DNA from: Takakia lepidozioides
Lineage: Eukaryota; Plantae; Bryophyta
Direction: 5' to 3'
DNA length: 64,000 nucleotides
Assembly: GCA_030704615.1 (NCBI GenBank)
Contig: CM060731.1
Coordinates: 36,146,001 to 36,210,000, forward strand
Shown here: piece after piece, positions 1-12,811 of the stretch
How positions within the stretch are numbered: position 1 is the stretch's first letter
Layout: each line of letters begins with the position of its first letter
Notes under the pieces: model-generated
What the model was told of the DNA's origin: nothing
Database searches by the model: none
Seen by the model: only the letters and a program-made list of their open reading frames with translations
Translations under genes and position numbers: made by a program

Positions 1-1240
1 TGCCACAACACCATGGTACCACGCCTCATATGCAGCTACCTCAAGGGGGTTGAAATATCCTTTCTCAGTCAGGGTTTCCACATACACACAGCGATCTGTC
101 AACACTGAACGCTCCATTAACAAAAGTGCTGCCTTGGATGTGAGAGCAGCAGAATTCTGCTGCAAGAATCTTGTGATGAACACAAAACTTTGGAACAGGT
201 ATGCATATCTGCAACAGACCACTGAGTTAAATGACTTCGGAAAGTAACTCCATTTTTGATACCAGAGTTGCATTGTGGCGCTGTAGATATCACTATGAGG
301 CTGACCCAGGATGAGCATATCACTGGTAGCCTCGGTTTAGTGGTTATATCATGTAGAGAGCGAGGACAATTAGGAGAAGATCCCCGCCCACTTATCGCCC
401 AGAAAACTGAGCAAAGGACAACAGCAGTTTGTATTTACGAGACAACAGCAAACTGCTGCTAGATAGCTTGATAGTCATTCACCGGAGAAGAACCTTTGCG
501 GGTCCGTGTAAAAAGCTTGCAGCATATTGAGACCTGTATCGTTAACATTCTGCCATTCCCCAATTGGCTCTTGCAACACCTCCGTTAGGCTGCATCAGAA
601 CGGCGCAACACAACAACGTGATAAACGAATAAATCTGAGAACCAGATTTTCGAGTATGAGCTCCACTTGGCATCTGCCACCTATGGCCTAATTACGAGTC
701 CAGATCTGACCCTCATGTTTTAACAGAAAGAAACAGAGGAACAAAGGAAGAGAGTCAGTAAAGTCCCCAGAAAGGTCGCATGACAAACAAATAGAAGCAC
801 TAGCTGCCAGGGATGAGCTTTCTCAGAAGAAAGAAAACGAAATGTTCTGTCTCCAGTTCCTGCATATTTAATACTGGTAGTACAGCTCTACCGGAACACA
901 GAGGTGCCAAAAGTGGCTTGATTGCACACACCCACTGATACTGGGAGGAGGAGGGAGATGAGAGAGAGAGAAAGCCAGAAGGAACTTACTGTTGAAGGCG
1001 AGGGTGAGATTGAAGGCGACCCAGGATTGTAGACTTGCCCACCCCAATGTTACCGTCGAAGGATACCCGGAGAGGGCGCTGCACCACTCTTCCGACGTTG
1101 TCCCCCTTCATCACACTCACACCATGGGACTCCAGCTGATCACTATATGCGTGCTGATTAAGAAAAGGCTCATATGCTATAGCATCATTGCCCGCCATAG
1201 TCTGGATTAAATGTGCTACTTGCAGCTGCTGCTCTGCCAT
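1..1240 (-). CDS. Deoxynucleoside kinase family protein (P-loop dNK), 5' part; runs off the left edge. Exons ~1240-990, ~590-493, ~206-1
   Basis: Spliced translation gives RVSFDGNIGVGKST (P-loop), EVLQEPIGEWQNV, NMLQAFYTDPQR, YAYLFQ and LMERSVLTDR, the dNK motif series, joined by GT-AG introns. The start ATG at 1240 is inferred. Confidence 0.88.
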
Positions 1241-2000
1241 CGACCCACTGCTACCCACCCCCAGTTTTTGTCCATAGATCTTTGAGCCAAAAATGGCAAA
1301 GAAAGTTCCAAATACCTCGAGACTGAGATCTACTAGCAATCTGCCACAAAATGATCTGAGGATGCAAAAATGCATGTATCTTCCATCAATTTGCGGCATC
1401 AAGACGTGAGAATCCAGATATGGAGACGACCCAAAAGACACCCAAGTGCCCTGGCACCTTCAAGAGAAAACATGTGGCAGCCACTTGGCTTTTGCTACTT
1501 CTTCTTCTTCTTGTTCTTGAAACGCTTGTTTCTGTTCCTTTGGTGCAGAGAAAACTGAGGTGGAAAGTCTTCCAAGTCTCATCCCTACTTTAAGGTCCTG
1601 AAAATCGCAATGAGACCTCACTTGGGTTGGTCTGTGGGAGGGCAAGGAGCTTTGAGAGGCTGAGAAGGATTCCTTTGTTTTCAGCTCACTAGGCTTTCCC
1701 CACATTTGCCCAAGTGGCTCACTGGCCAGGGAGAGTTGTGAGAGAAGAAGAAGAAGGAAGAAGGAAAGAAACAAGTTTGTTACATAGGTGGGATCCGTAG
1801 GACACAGAAGGGAACCCTGAGAGAGAGAGAGAGAGAGAGAGAGGCCAGGGGGGTGCCATAGCCTCACAGCCTGCACAGCTGGGTCTGAGCATAAAGCCCA
1901 AGGGGTAGTAAAGGGGTTAGGGTCTGGGATTGGATGTGAGAGAGAAACAGAGGACGGAAGTTTATAACGTGATCGCGAGAGAGAGAGAAAGGGAGGGAGG

Positions 2001-3173
2001 ATGGGGCGTATGCAGAAAGGCAGAGTTGCAGATTTGGCGCGGGCATTGCAGCGGGCTACGACCTCACTAAATGCGACACTTGCTTTGTTAGACGAGCCAG
2101 CATCGGCAGCGGCAGAGACAGGGGATTGGAATGCAGTGAAGAAGGCAGCGGAGCAAGTGTCCAAGCAGGCCACTACTGTTGGTGTGTTATGGACGGGCGC
2201 TCCCAAAGTGGAAGAGTCGGGCGAGGCGATGAGAGTGTATGTGGACAGTTTGCAAGGCTTTCTTCTGATCTGTCATGGCTGCACGGTAGGCGCAGGTCCC
2301 ACTCTCCTCTTCACTGTCCGAAAAGCTGCCAAGAACGTGCTGGATGCGAGCTTGTGTCTCCTGAATCGGGCCGTTTCCTTCTCGGTGAAAGGGTCGGAGC
2401 GAGAGGAGCGGGAGGCAGCCTTGCCAGCATTGGTTGGGCGTGTCTGGGAGGCTTGCACTGCCATTAGAAGAATACCCTCTACCAATCGGGCCGCAATCGG
2501 TCGCAGTGTTGCGCAAGTGGCGACTTCTGTGAAGGACGTATTGCGCGAGATTGGTGAGATGAACCAAGGAAATGCATCTGATCACCATGGCTGTTGCTGT
2601 GGGGGGCATCATCATGGCGAGGATGTAACAGACGAATCTGGTGAGAATGGGGACAAAAAGCACAACGGCCATGGAACAGGGGACACCAACACCTCGGTGG
2701 AAAGCATTGATTATAATGAGGAATTTCTTCCTGAAGAGATGGAGATTGTGATATCTTCAAAAGGGGTGGTGGGTTCTTTGCTTGAATTCATCAAGCAGCT
2801 TCTGTATGTCGCTGCAGAGACACCTTCAGCCTCAGTAGTGCAAGTCTCTGAATCAGCATCGACTCTTTCTTTAGAGAATGTGCTGAAGCACTGTCAAGGC
2901 CTCGGATTGGAAGTGGACGAATTAGGGGCGTCTCTCTACCCGCCTCAGGAGATGACCCAAATAAGAGAGCGAGTCGGGAAAACAAAGGCCCTCGTAGAAC
3001 TAATTACTAGAGAAGTTAGTGCCAGTAGGGGATCCTTGCCAGATGGGTTGCAATCAGCTTGCGAAAACTTGCAGAATGCACAGATAGAGTTCACACAAAC
3101 ACTAGGCGGATTGCGGAGCACACAGACACAGCTCGCACAAACACTAGGTGGATTGGAGATTGCTGAAGTCTAA
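2001..3173 (+). CDS. Cyclin-D1-binding protein 1 (GCIP/CCNDBP1-like) homolog, intronless
   Basis: 390-aa ORF with EQVSKQATTVGVLW, HGCTVGAGPTL, AIGRSVAQVATSVKDVLREI and VDELGASLYPPQE, as recalled for plant GCIP-family proteins. Confidence 0.8.
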   Translation: MGRMQKGRVADLARALQRATTSLNATLALLDEPASAAAETGDWNAVKKAAEQVSKQATTVGVLWTGAPKVEESGEAMRVYVDSLQGFLLICHGCTVGAGPTLLFTVRKAAKNVLDASLCLLNRAVSFSVKGSEREEREAALPALVGRVWEACTAIRRIPSTNRAAIGRSVAQVATSVKDVLREIGEMNQGNASDHHGCCCGGHHHGEDVTDESGENGDKKHNGHGTGDTNTSVESIDYNEEFLPEEMEIVISSKGVVGSLLEFIKQLLYVAAETPSASVVQVSESASTLSLENVLKHCQGLGLEVDELGASLYPPQEMTQIRERVGKTKALVELITREVSASRGSLPDGLQSACENLQNAQIEFTQTLGGLRSTQTQLAQTLGGLEIAEV

Positions 3174-3372
3174 GTCCCCTTTCAGAGGACTGTAAAGAAA
3201 CTGTGCTGTAGAAGTGTTGAGGACTGCAAAATTAGGGCGGATTGATGCTAAAGTTTGAAGATGTTGAGCATGTTCTAGTATCTCCAGTGTGGAGTTCTTG
3301 TTCTACATAAGCAGAGCAGCATTGGGGTAGTGCACAATCCTGTTTCTGCAGGGGGCCGTCCTAAGTCCTCAC

Positions 3373-3545
3373 CAGTGTTGGACTTGGTATGTCCATTTTT
3401 TAATACCAGGCTGGTATAGGTGTTTAAACAGGTATGAGCAACTCAGTGGGTATGAATCTGGTATGTATACTTATATTGTGGGCTGTATACGAGTATGGTA
3501 TTGTCTTTTTCTAAAGTGGGTGATATGGTATTTCTAATTTTGAAA
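3373..3545. mobile_element. Truncated hAT MITE end related to the 29811-30262 element
   Basis: Starts CAGTGTTGGACTTGGTAT (near-identical to the TIR at 29811), followed by ATACCAG/CTGGTAT motifs and preceded by GTCCTCAC. No second TIR seen; right limit approximate. Confidence 0.55.
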
Positions 3546-3999
3546 AACAAATCTATTGCGCACCGGACATAGAAATAAACTAGAGTAGCCTGTACCGTTG
3601 AGCACATATTCAACTTCCATGAATCTCCAGCGCTGAAAATACTTGAAATTCGATAGGTATCACTTTCTCCCACACCGGAGGCCCAAAAATCATGAAACAT
3701 CCTAGAGGTAGTACCCCAACTTATCAGGGCGTTCCAGCAGTATCAAGAACCTGGGTGGAGGCTTTGTGGTTTGGGAGATCTCAACGATGCTACAAACAAA
3801 ACAAAACAAAACAACAACCTCCCTTAATAGATAGATGTCACTAAATACACAGCTAATTGTAGTCTAAACTATGAAACTCTAGGGCAAAGAATGAAGTCTA
3901 GGATAGGGATCCTTGAATTAACAAAATGGTCGTAGAGAGTATGACTAGCTGCACTAACATATATACTCATACCTAGCTCCATCCACCATGCTGCAATAC

Positions 4000-5300
4000 T
4001 GGTGTGGGGACATTGCTATGGCTACGCATGCGCTTACCCAAACTGGTCCGGTGTGGGTGAAATCCTAAAGGCATACTCCTCCCCCCAAGTGTATCATCTG
4101 AGTACATTGGTTCATTCATACTTCATCATGTTCTTCAATATATGTACTCATACCTGTATTCCTCACCTAGGTTCAACTGGCAAGTATCCGACAGTCCAAC
4201 ACGGGTCCAAACTGCCCCATAAACATTTTATTTTATTTTACACTACTGGCCTGCCTACGCAAAGGGTTCAAAGTTCTCAAATATAACACCAATCCTCTAA
4301 AGCACAGCTTAAATTCTAGAACTCCTGCATATGATTACAGAGAGCTGGTTGTAGTTAGTTTGTTGGCTTTTTATCACCCTCTCCCTCACCTCTCCAGCTC
4401 CACTGCTCCTCCAGTTCAGTTTAGTATTGCTCTCAGTAGTACTACCTTCGGGCTTTGGCACAGCCACATGCTCTGCTTTTTTTTCACTTGAACACTTCTT
4501 GGATGCTTACTCTGCAGCTCAAAACTCTCTTTGTTTCTTTGGGATACTTGGTAACCGGGTGGTATCCCCACTGTTAGCCTTCACACCCCAGGGTGGTTAT
4601 TTTTTCCACTTCCTTGTATCTTCATCCATTCATTCATAAAATTCCAGGGCCACTGTCCCCTGTTCTGTTTTTTAAAAAGAAGAAGAAGAAAAAAAAAAAA
4701 AAAACTCTCAATTGGCAAACGAATAAGATCAAGAGAGGTGTAGATGGACGATTTCATCCATAATTATAGATGAAATGTGTAAACAGGGTGTGGTTCATTG
4801 GGTCAGTAATAATACCTTATGCCTTCACGCTGAAGGGCTACTGCCTTCCTGTAAAAGATTTTGCCTGCCTAGTATGGCGTATTTGGAGGAGGATTAAAAA
4901 GCAGAATTCTACGCCTAATGCCACTAGCATATTATGCCATTTGCACTAGCACATAATGAAACATGGACTTGCAGGCTTACCAGAGGGCGGCAGACGCAAT
5001 CCTTTACGTTATGGAATGGGTCGCAACCTTGCCATTGTGGCGGGTAAGGTGACGGTTTTGGTGGCGCCGAAACGCCATAATGGCATGTTGCAGCCAATTC
5101 CATATAAAAAGGTGGAAGCCTTTGTGATGGAAGGAACCCACAACCACTTCCAAGGTGGTATGCGCCCATTACACTCGGCTACAACTTGGTTGTCTTGGGT
5201 CAGCAGACTAACCATATGGGGGCCAATTCCTCCCTTCTTTTTTTTGGACCCCTTCGTCTCATTCCTTAATACATGTGGCCTCCCTACATAGGCGCCCCAC
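4000..5300. mobile_element. Highly degenerate L1-like LINE remnants (possible + strand 3' end with poly(A) at ~4674-4703; possible - strand zf-RVT remnant at ~4920-5215)
   Basis: T-rich segment ending in a long A tract; minus-strand peptides PPWKWLWVPSITKASTFL and CVCRP..H..LC..A resemble a decayed zf-RVT. Boundaries approximate. Confidence 0.3.
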
Positions 5301-6462
5301 TCTAGAATCAGGGCCGGAATGAAACTGCTCTACATATTCGGTTGCATATTTTGGTCATGTAGATTGTGGATTATCATGTGGAACCGTCAACCGTCGTTCC
5401 AGGAAAGCCTACTAGGTCCTGGGTGATATCTCCAACAAATTGGTAGTTACAATAGGACAGGGCTTGCATGTACTCCATGCATTTTATTTTTATAGTGAAG
5501 TTGACGCCCATTAAATTTTCAAAAGAGAAACAGGGCTTGGTTGTGATTTGTGCGGCGGTCCATCACGACAGTGAACTTGGAGAGGGACAATAGTATACAT
5601 AGTGTCTGCTTCCTGTCGCGAGGTATCTGGCACTAGACAAGCTATTGATCCTTTCTGCTTGCAATCACAAACTGAATTCCCTTGCCCTGTGCCATTGCCC
5701 CAAAGCCTGAATCTGTGTGCAACCGAAGGAACCTGCATAATAAACAGACCGTTCCTCACAGAAGCCAGGATCTCGACAATTGGATAAACTTACCTACAAA
5801 TGTCGAAATTGGCAACAAAATTCGTTACCATATGCAGCATCTGAAACTTGATGCAAGTATTCGCCCCAAATGAGGACCCAGAGGCCCACAGCTTTCACCA
5901 TAGTTTTGAGGAGGAGCTTTTCAGATTCAGTGACAAAAATTGAGAAGTGCCAAACTTGACTTGAGAGTAAACTCAAATAGGGCATCTCTTTGAAAACAGA
6001 AACAGATCAATCCTCACCTGGCACATTTGATGCTGGCTAAGACAAGGACCATTCCACAACTTTTGGGCTTAATGTAATCTGCAAGGCTTGTGGACACGAT
6101 GGGAAGGAAGACATTACTTACCCAGAGTGTGTGTAGGGTACCGTGTTACGATTGCCATGGTCTTAGCAGACCAGCAACTGTCCCATGCACTACAAAACGC
6201 AGCTAGATATAGGGCGTCCGACTCAATGCCTAAGTTTTTCTACAAATACGCAGAGATCACAATAACCTGAACAAGCCTCATTAGTAGTAATCCATCTGGT
6301 ATTCTTTCCAGGCAAGACAAGTTGAAGGATACTGCCCGGCAATGAGCATTCCAGAGATGTAAAAATCGCTACACTCAGTTGCATGTACAGTAACGATAAG
6401 AAATTTTCCCTATTACTGAGTCTCGGACGGGTACAATCCTGATGAGAAAGCATCAGGGGGCC

Positions 6463-7350
6463 TCACTTCTTAGATTTCTTAGGGGGGGCATCGTTCACGG
6501 GGGCTTCAGCAGCGGGCGCCGTCTCCTCAACCAATCCCTGGGCCAATCGCTCCTCCCGCCTCGCAATCTTGCGCTCGCGGATGGCCTTGTTCTTCGCGCG
6601 CCTAGCCTCAAACTGGTCTGAGAGAGTCTTCTCGCGTGCCTTCTCTGCCTTCGACTTGTGGATGCTCTCCATCAACACACGCTTGTTCTTAAACACATTT
6701 CCCTTCACCTTCATGTACATGTCGTGGTACATATGCTTGTCGATCTTCTTTGCCTCGCGGTATTTGCGGAGAAGACGCCTCAACACACGCAATCGCCGCA
6801 ACCACAGAACCTTGTGCGGACATAAACCCAAACGAAGATTTCAAAAAAGCTTACTGGGCTCGAGAGGTAGCTACATCGAGTAAGAAAAGGAGGGCATGCA
6901 AACAGCGGTGTAGCAGTTGAATGACATCCAGACGAACATTGACAACTTTCACATGGCTGCATGCATGAGGGCAGGAGACAAACCCTGTTCAAAACCCCCC
7001 CTTTCGAACGAAACATACTTCAGTAATCACACATCCACCCCTGCAGCAAGAGCTCACTGCTTGCGTATCATTACCTTGGTTGGAAGCCTGGCCTCCCTGG
7101 TACCGCGGCGCTTGCCGTAGCCGGAATGACGGCCCTTCCTCTTAGCCTCCAAGGCGCGACGAGCGCGTGCCCTGGAGTGAATCTTCTGGGGCTTCCTAAT
7201 CACGAACCCATCCTTCACCAGCTTCCTAATGTTCTGCCTGGAATTGGCCATGGAAATTTCATTGACCTCATTTGGATCCAGCCACACTTTGCGCTGCCCG
7301 CACTTCAGCACACTTGCGGCAAGCCGCTTCTGCAGCTTGAGCGACACCAT
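6463..7350 (-). CDS. RPL19: 60S ribosomal protein L19 (eL19); exons 7350-7075 and 6810-6463, 207 aa
   Basis: [52 protein letters not shown]|[27 protein letters not shown]; one phase-0 GT-AG intron. Confidence 0.98.
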
Positions 7351-7530
7351 GGCTGGAGCTCCTGGCTATGGCTGCAACCCTAGCGAGCGACCGAGAAAGA
7401 GGACCTTCTCTCGCCTCTGCGCCGCCCTTCTACCCACCCTCTCCTCCCCGGGTCCCCCAGCCCCGGCCGCTTCCATCGACTCGACCCGACCCGTCCGTCA
7501 TCCACTTAATCATCTTCATTAACGTGAATT

Positions 7531-7565
7531 AATCCTAACCCTAACCCTAACCGAGAACCCTAATC
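7531..7565. promoter_or_regulatory. Telobox-like (CCCTAA)n cluster upstream of RPL19
   Basis: CCTAACCCTAACCCTAACC..AACCCTAA about 180-215 bp upstream of the ATG; telo-boxes are typical of plant ribosomal-protein promoters. Confidence 0.6.
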
Positions 7566-8525
7566 TTGCGTCATGGCATCTCTGCGGGTGTCTCTTTCTT
7601 TCTTTCGAACCCCAGCTTGACACACAGGCCAATGCACAGGATCCATGCCGTGCATGAACGATGACAAGGCGGAGAGCTTCTGGACAAAAACTCCTGACAC
7701 ACCCACAGATAGCTAAGCAGGCTTGCGGCGAACAGAAAGAGATGAAGAACTTGACACTTGGAAGTTGGGAGGAATGTCAGTTTTTCAAGTACGAAGTACT
7801 TTGCTATTGGCGGTACGTGCCGTGCCTCTGGTGCGAAACAATCACTCAAACGGTGGGAATTTCTACTCGGTAATTCTTTGATTAGCAAACTTGGAAGTGA
7901 ATTGAGGATGCTAATCTGTCACTAATTATCAGTGCAGGACAGATTTGCATGCCTTCCTTGTGGAGCTTGCTAAGAAACCGTTAGTACAAGAATCACTGTA
8001 GACAATGCGGTTGCCAGAGAGATGTTGGATCTCCATGGATACCATGAAATTACAAAAATGTCTTCTCGGACAGGGAAACAATGGCTAGTTCGGATTGTTA
8101 ATGCATATCAACTCAGACCCTCAGACGGAGAGGCAAGCTTCAAGCAATGCTAGAAAGATGCTCCTGGCTAGAAGACTGGGGAGACAACCCTTGTCTTGTC
8201 TGCAGCATTCTTTCTTCGAATCGGATGTTCTCTTCTTCTGAAGATGAAACTCAAAACTTGGTCAATGCAAGCTCCGATTCTTATCCCTGGATAAATCACA
8301 GTAAAGCTAACAAAAGTATTCCTCCAACAGACAGAATCGTGAAAGGCACACAATGTGGACATGCAGTCTTTTCGCTCAGCCCACCGACCAACCTTGGTCC
8401 CTCACACAGCCCAATGTAGGCTTTGCGCGGCCCAGTGATGGCTAGTCTGACATCCTCGTGATGGACACGCATGCCTATACTTCAACCTTAGACAGCGGGC
8501 TAAAACAGCCACCCGGGGCCTGCAT

Positions 8526-11262
8526 CTAGGACACCATTGACTCCGATGGAGTCTGAGAATCAGAAGGAGTGTAGGGTGCAGAGGGTGTTGAGGGTGTGTT
8601 CTCTTGAGAATCCTTCTCTTGAGAATCCTTCTCTTGTGAATCCTTTGAATGTGAGCTTTTGGGCTGTGAGTCAGAGTGAGATTCAGACTGCCGTGAGGCT
8701 TCGTCACCAGTGTCAGAGAACTGATGGACATCCTCTAGCAGGTGTAAGACTTCAGCCATTTTGGGACGTCGGTCAGGAACATTGTCAACGCAGGCCATGG
8801 CCACTTGCAGCATTTGAACCATTTCCTCCTCAATGTTTTGGTATCTCATTAGCTCCAAATCAAACACTTCGGCAGTCCATTCCTCCCTCACCACCGATTG
8901 TACCCAACGGGGCAGATCAATGCCTTCATCATTCAAGGAGGCTTGTGTTGGGGCCTTTCCTGTCAGTAACTCCAGTAAGAGCTGCATTCACAACTCCAAA
9001 ACATATATTCAGTGAGGAGTAAACCCCTTCCCAATGCCCACAGAATCATATTCATATCACTGAAACCAATGACATCCTCACTAAACATACCCGCTACAAG
9101 TTTAGGGTCTTCTGACCTACAGTCGCAGCTGAATGAAATGAATATCAATAAATGCAGAAGGTACTAAATCTCCATTGACATATATGACACTTACCACCCC
9201 AAAGCTGTACACATCAGACTTCTGTGTGATCTTGCGAGTCTCTGTGACTTCAGGGGCCCGATACCCAACAATTCGGGAAGCTGCAGCTGTGGAGCTGAGG
9301 AGCTGAGCCAGCCCAAAATCAGAGACACAAGCCTCCAGGTCTCTGTTAAGTAGAATGTTGGAAGACTTAATGTTCCCATGAGCAAACTTGTTGGTGCCCC
9401 CTTCTGCATGCAGGTATGCAATTCCCCGAGCTGCGCCAAGGGCAATTCGCACCCGCATTGCCCAATCCAGGGGTGTCCGACCTCCTCCTCTGTTGCCTGC
9501 CAAAACCCAGGTCCACGTAAATCGATTGCGGGTCTTCTTAATGGCCACCAATAAGCAGGCCCGTCTGTTACTTTCCCAGACTTTACTGTGCTGACAAGTC
9601 TCTGCCTGATTTACTTTACTTCACAAATGTATTGGGCACCCTGACTATCAGTCATGAGAACTAAAAAATTCTCAGCACTGTACAATGACTTCAGTAGGAA
9701 GTAATGCAAGGTCGGATACCATCCAGACACTTTCTGAGCTTCTCGTAGTTGCATGCATATGTAAGTTGATCCAACATTTCAATGAAGCTACTCTACCGAC
9801 TCTGAACTCTTACAGACCTTGAAAGGACATGAAGAGCTCCCACAAAAAGCGATACACAAAATGCCATGCAGATTGGAGGAAGAAGCTGCCACTGACATCC
9901 AAAGCCTTAGCCCCAAAAAAAACTAGGACTAGAAGGAGACAGACGAGGAAGACAAGTACCATGGAGGAGGGCAGAGAGGCTGCCCATGGGCATGTAGTCG
10001 TACACCAGCAGCTTCTCGTCCTTGGAATAGTAATACGCCCGCAATGGCACCAAATGTCGGTGTTTCAGATTCCCCACCACTTCAATCTGCGTCTCAAAAT
10101 CTCTTCGTCCTGTGGTCACATCCTTGAGCCTTTTAACAGCCACGATTGATCCGTCCTCCAGTACTGCCTTATATGCAGTCCCTACACTGCCTTTGCCAAG
10201 AACCTCTGCCGATGCGCGCAGCAGGTCTTCCAAATCGAAAGAGTACCGATTTCTTTCGAAGAACACCAGCTTGCTCCGCTCAGGTTCACCTTGAGCGGAG
10301 CTAGAATACTCGTCCTTGTATTCCTCTGAGCCCTTCTCGCCAATTTTAACCCCTTTGTGCGGCTTCTCCGTAGTTCGGCGACCCGACCTCTTCCAGTAGC
10401 ACAGTAGGAAAGCAACAGCCAGTAAAATCAGCAGCGCTACATCACCAACCACGATAGAAATGACCGCTGTCTTCCCGAGCTTCCTACCTGGGTGAGATCC
10501 GCTTTGAGGAAGCACAGTAGGGGCGGGTGCGGGGACACTGGTCACGAGGCATGGAAAGGCTGTGGGTGGCCCGCAGACGCCCGGGTTACCTGCAAAGTCT
10601 GCTGCTGGGTATCCGAGGAGGGAGGCAGGTACAGCTCCAGACAAGTTGTTATTAGCCACACTGAACTGAGTCAGATTGACAAGCTTCAACGCTGGAATGC
10701 TGCCTGAGAATGAGTTGTTCCGAAGATCCAGGTTGAAGAGATGAGCGAATGTGTTGATCGAATCGGGTATGGGCCCACTGAAGTTGTTGAATGCCAAGCT
10801 GAGATGCGTGAGACGAGGCCACAGCCCCGCCAGCTCAGGTAGAGGGCCGAAAAATGCATTATTCTGCAAAAACAGGCTGTGTATGTGCGAGCACTTGCCA
10901 AGCTCCCCGGGAAATGGACCTGTAACAAGATTGCTATGCAAGCTCACAACGCGCAACTGGTCCAATAATCCGAGGCTTAGAGGAGGGATAATACCAACCA
11001 AACCAACCGCAGGCAATCTCAAATTCTCAACACGGTTTTTGTAGCATGTAACGCCATGCCAGCTGCAAACACTGGTAGTGTTAGTCCAGTTTAGTGCCTT
11101 CCCTGTTGGGTCCAGCGCATTGCGGAACACAGTCAGAGCTTGAGTATCTGACTGCAGGTCTTGGGCAGCTGCATTCACCATACAGCTGCAGACTATAACC
11201 AAGCATACGTAGCCATAGCCAACGATCCTGCGTATTTCTCCATCACGCTTTCTTTTACCCAT
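8526..11262 (-). CDS. LRR receptor-like kinase, LRR-III type (probable inactive kinase, RKL1/RLK902-like); exons 11262-9960, 9496-9195, 8981-8526
   Basis: Signal peptide, LRRNT (CSWHGVTC), about 5 LRRs, TM helix, [33 protein letters not shown] (no HRD), DFGL, GYRAPE, DVYSFGV|[11 protein letters not shown]; splice phases are consistent. Confidence 0.95.
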
Positions 11263-12616
11263 GGATTGATACTCACGTAATTCACTGAACCAAAACTACG
11301 CGCCGCGCAGGCTAGACAGAAAGCTCTTTCAATACATGCAAGTCTGACGAAGACGCTTCCTGGGGACTGGTCTTTTGTAGCAGGGTCAGGACTTGTGCTC
11401 AGCAGCTTAAGAGTACTGTTGCGGGAGGTCTACAAGTGCTTCGCCGGCACGGCAACATGCTAGCACAGGCTCCATGCCAGCAACGTACCAAACACGATTC
11501 TTTCTCATTGCTCCCAAAAACCATCGCTCCAATCCCACTTCCAACTGAAAGCACGCCCCACCTCCACACTTCGCCGACAGTTCACTACTTGAGGCTATCT
11601 CTCGCGAAAGGACACCGGAGCTCACACAAAGCGCATTCCGCAGGAATCCACGACGGTCCAGCAACCACAAGCAAACACAAGTTCAGCTCAAAAATCCAGA
11701 CAAACCAACAAACCGAAACGCTGGGACTCAGCTCTCCTATAATGCAGGATGTTCAACGGGCAAACCCGAGAGAGAAAGGACAAACAACTACGACCCCCAC
11801 AGTCCACCCTGCAACGGATATACACCCACTTTCCCCCACCCCAAATGCAGGAGAACTCAACAGTGAAAGTGCTAGCAACACATCTGTCAGACCCCAACAA
11901 GCATCATGCTCATTGCTGCTCCTCGCCTCATCCTTCCTGTAGAGATAGAGATACACCCCCCCAGCAGAAAGCGGAGAGAAGGAAGACGACCCGCAGCGGC
12001 CTGTCCCACCATCAATGCGCTCACTAAAAGCTTCCTACAGACAGCGCTGTGGCCTGGACCGGCTACTTACTGCCCACCCAACAGCAGCTGGTCTGCAGTT
12101 CAACTCCTCCCTGCCCTCTTCCAGATTTGCAGTGGGCATTGCCAGTCTCCACAACTACACTCTGTTTGGCATTGTCCAAGTCCTTAGAAGCCCAACTCCT
12201 ACACAGTAAACTCATAAATGTAGAGTTCTGATGGGACTTTGCACCACAAATGTGGCTCACACAGAGCAATAACTGTTGCACCTGTAGAGCACCCAAGCAA
12301 TCAATGATCCTTCAATGAGCCTGTCCTTCCGACCTCCTCACTTACCCTGATTTTGTCTTGGAGTAATGTAAGCCCTTCTGCTTACCTTCCTTCCCACTGG
12401 ATCTGCCAAACATGAAATCCAGTTCGCACGCTTCACCCAGATTTGACAAGCCTGGGCAGCCCCCCCAGCTGCCCAAACCCTCCGGGCATCAGTGAATCTC
12501 TTCATCATCAAGCACTTTGGTTACTTGCCTTATAGGCCTAAAACCCATTCATAGCTTGGCTTGTCTTTAGATCCCTCCCCCTCTCTCTCTCTTTCATTTC
12601 ATTTCTCTCTCAAACT

Positions 12617-12811
12617 CAAACTCTCACTGATGTCTTCCACTATGAGGATCAAAAATGCTTGGCAGCCTACCTGCACGAGGCCTTCACCCTTCGACATTCG
12701 CTAGAACATTAATTGTGGTTTCTGGACTTGTTCCTCTCTCATGTTTCCATTTTGTCCCATAAGCTCTATGAGCTTTCCGCGGACGTTATAAAGTACCATT
12801 TCATTTCATTT
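12617..12811 (+). mobile_element. 5'-truncated RTE-X-like LINE 3' end (copy 1)
   Basis: Matches the last codons (..EDQKCLAAYLHEAFTLRHSLEH*) and 3' UTR of the copies at 18.3 and 26.7 kb; ends in (CATTT)n; TTTCATTTCATTTCTCTCTC occurs on both sides (12592-12611, 12799-12818). Confidence 0.85.

Noticed and set aside
1-1240. Viral or horizontally acquired thymidine kinase
   Set aside because: Spliceosomal introns and an ordinary plant dNK motif set; no viral neighbours.
1460-2760. 248-aa and other antisense ORFs over the GCIP gene
   Set aside because: Shadow frames of a GC-rich CDS and a GA microsatellite; no recognisable motif.
11407-12296. ORF cluster upstream of the LRR-RLK
   Set aside because: Best explained as 5' UTR, intron or promoter; no protein features.
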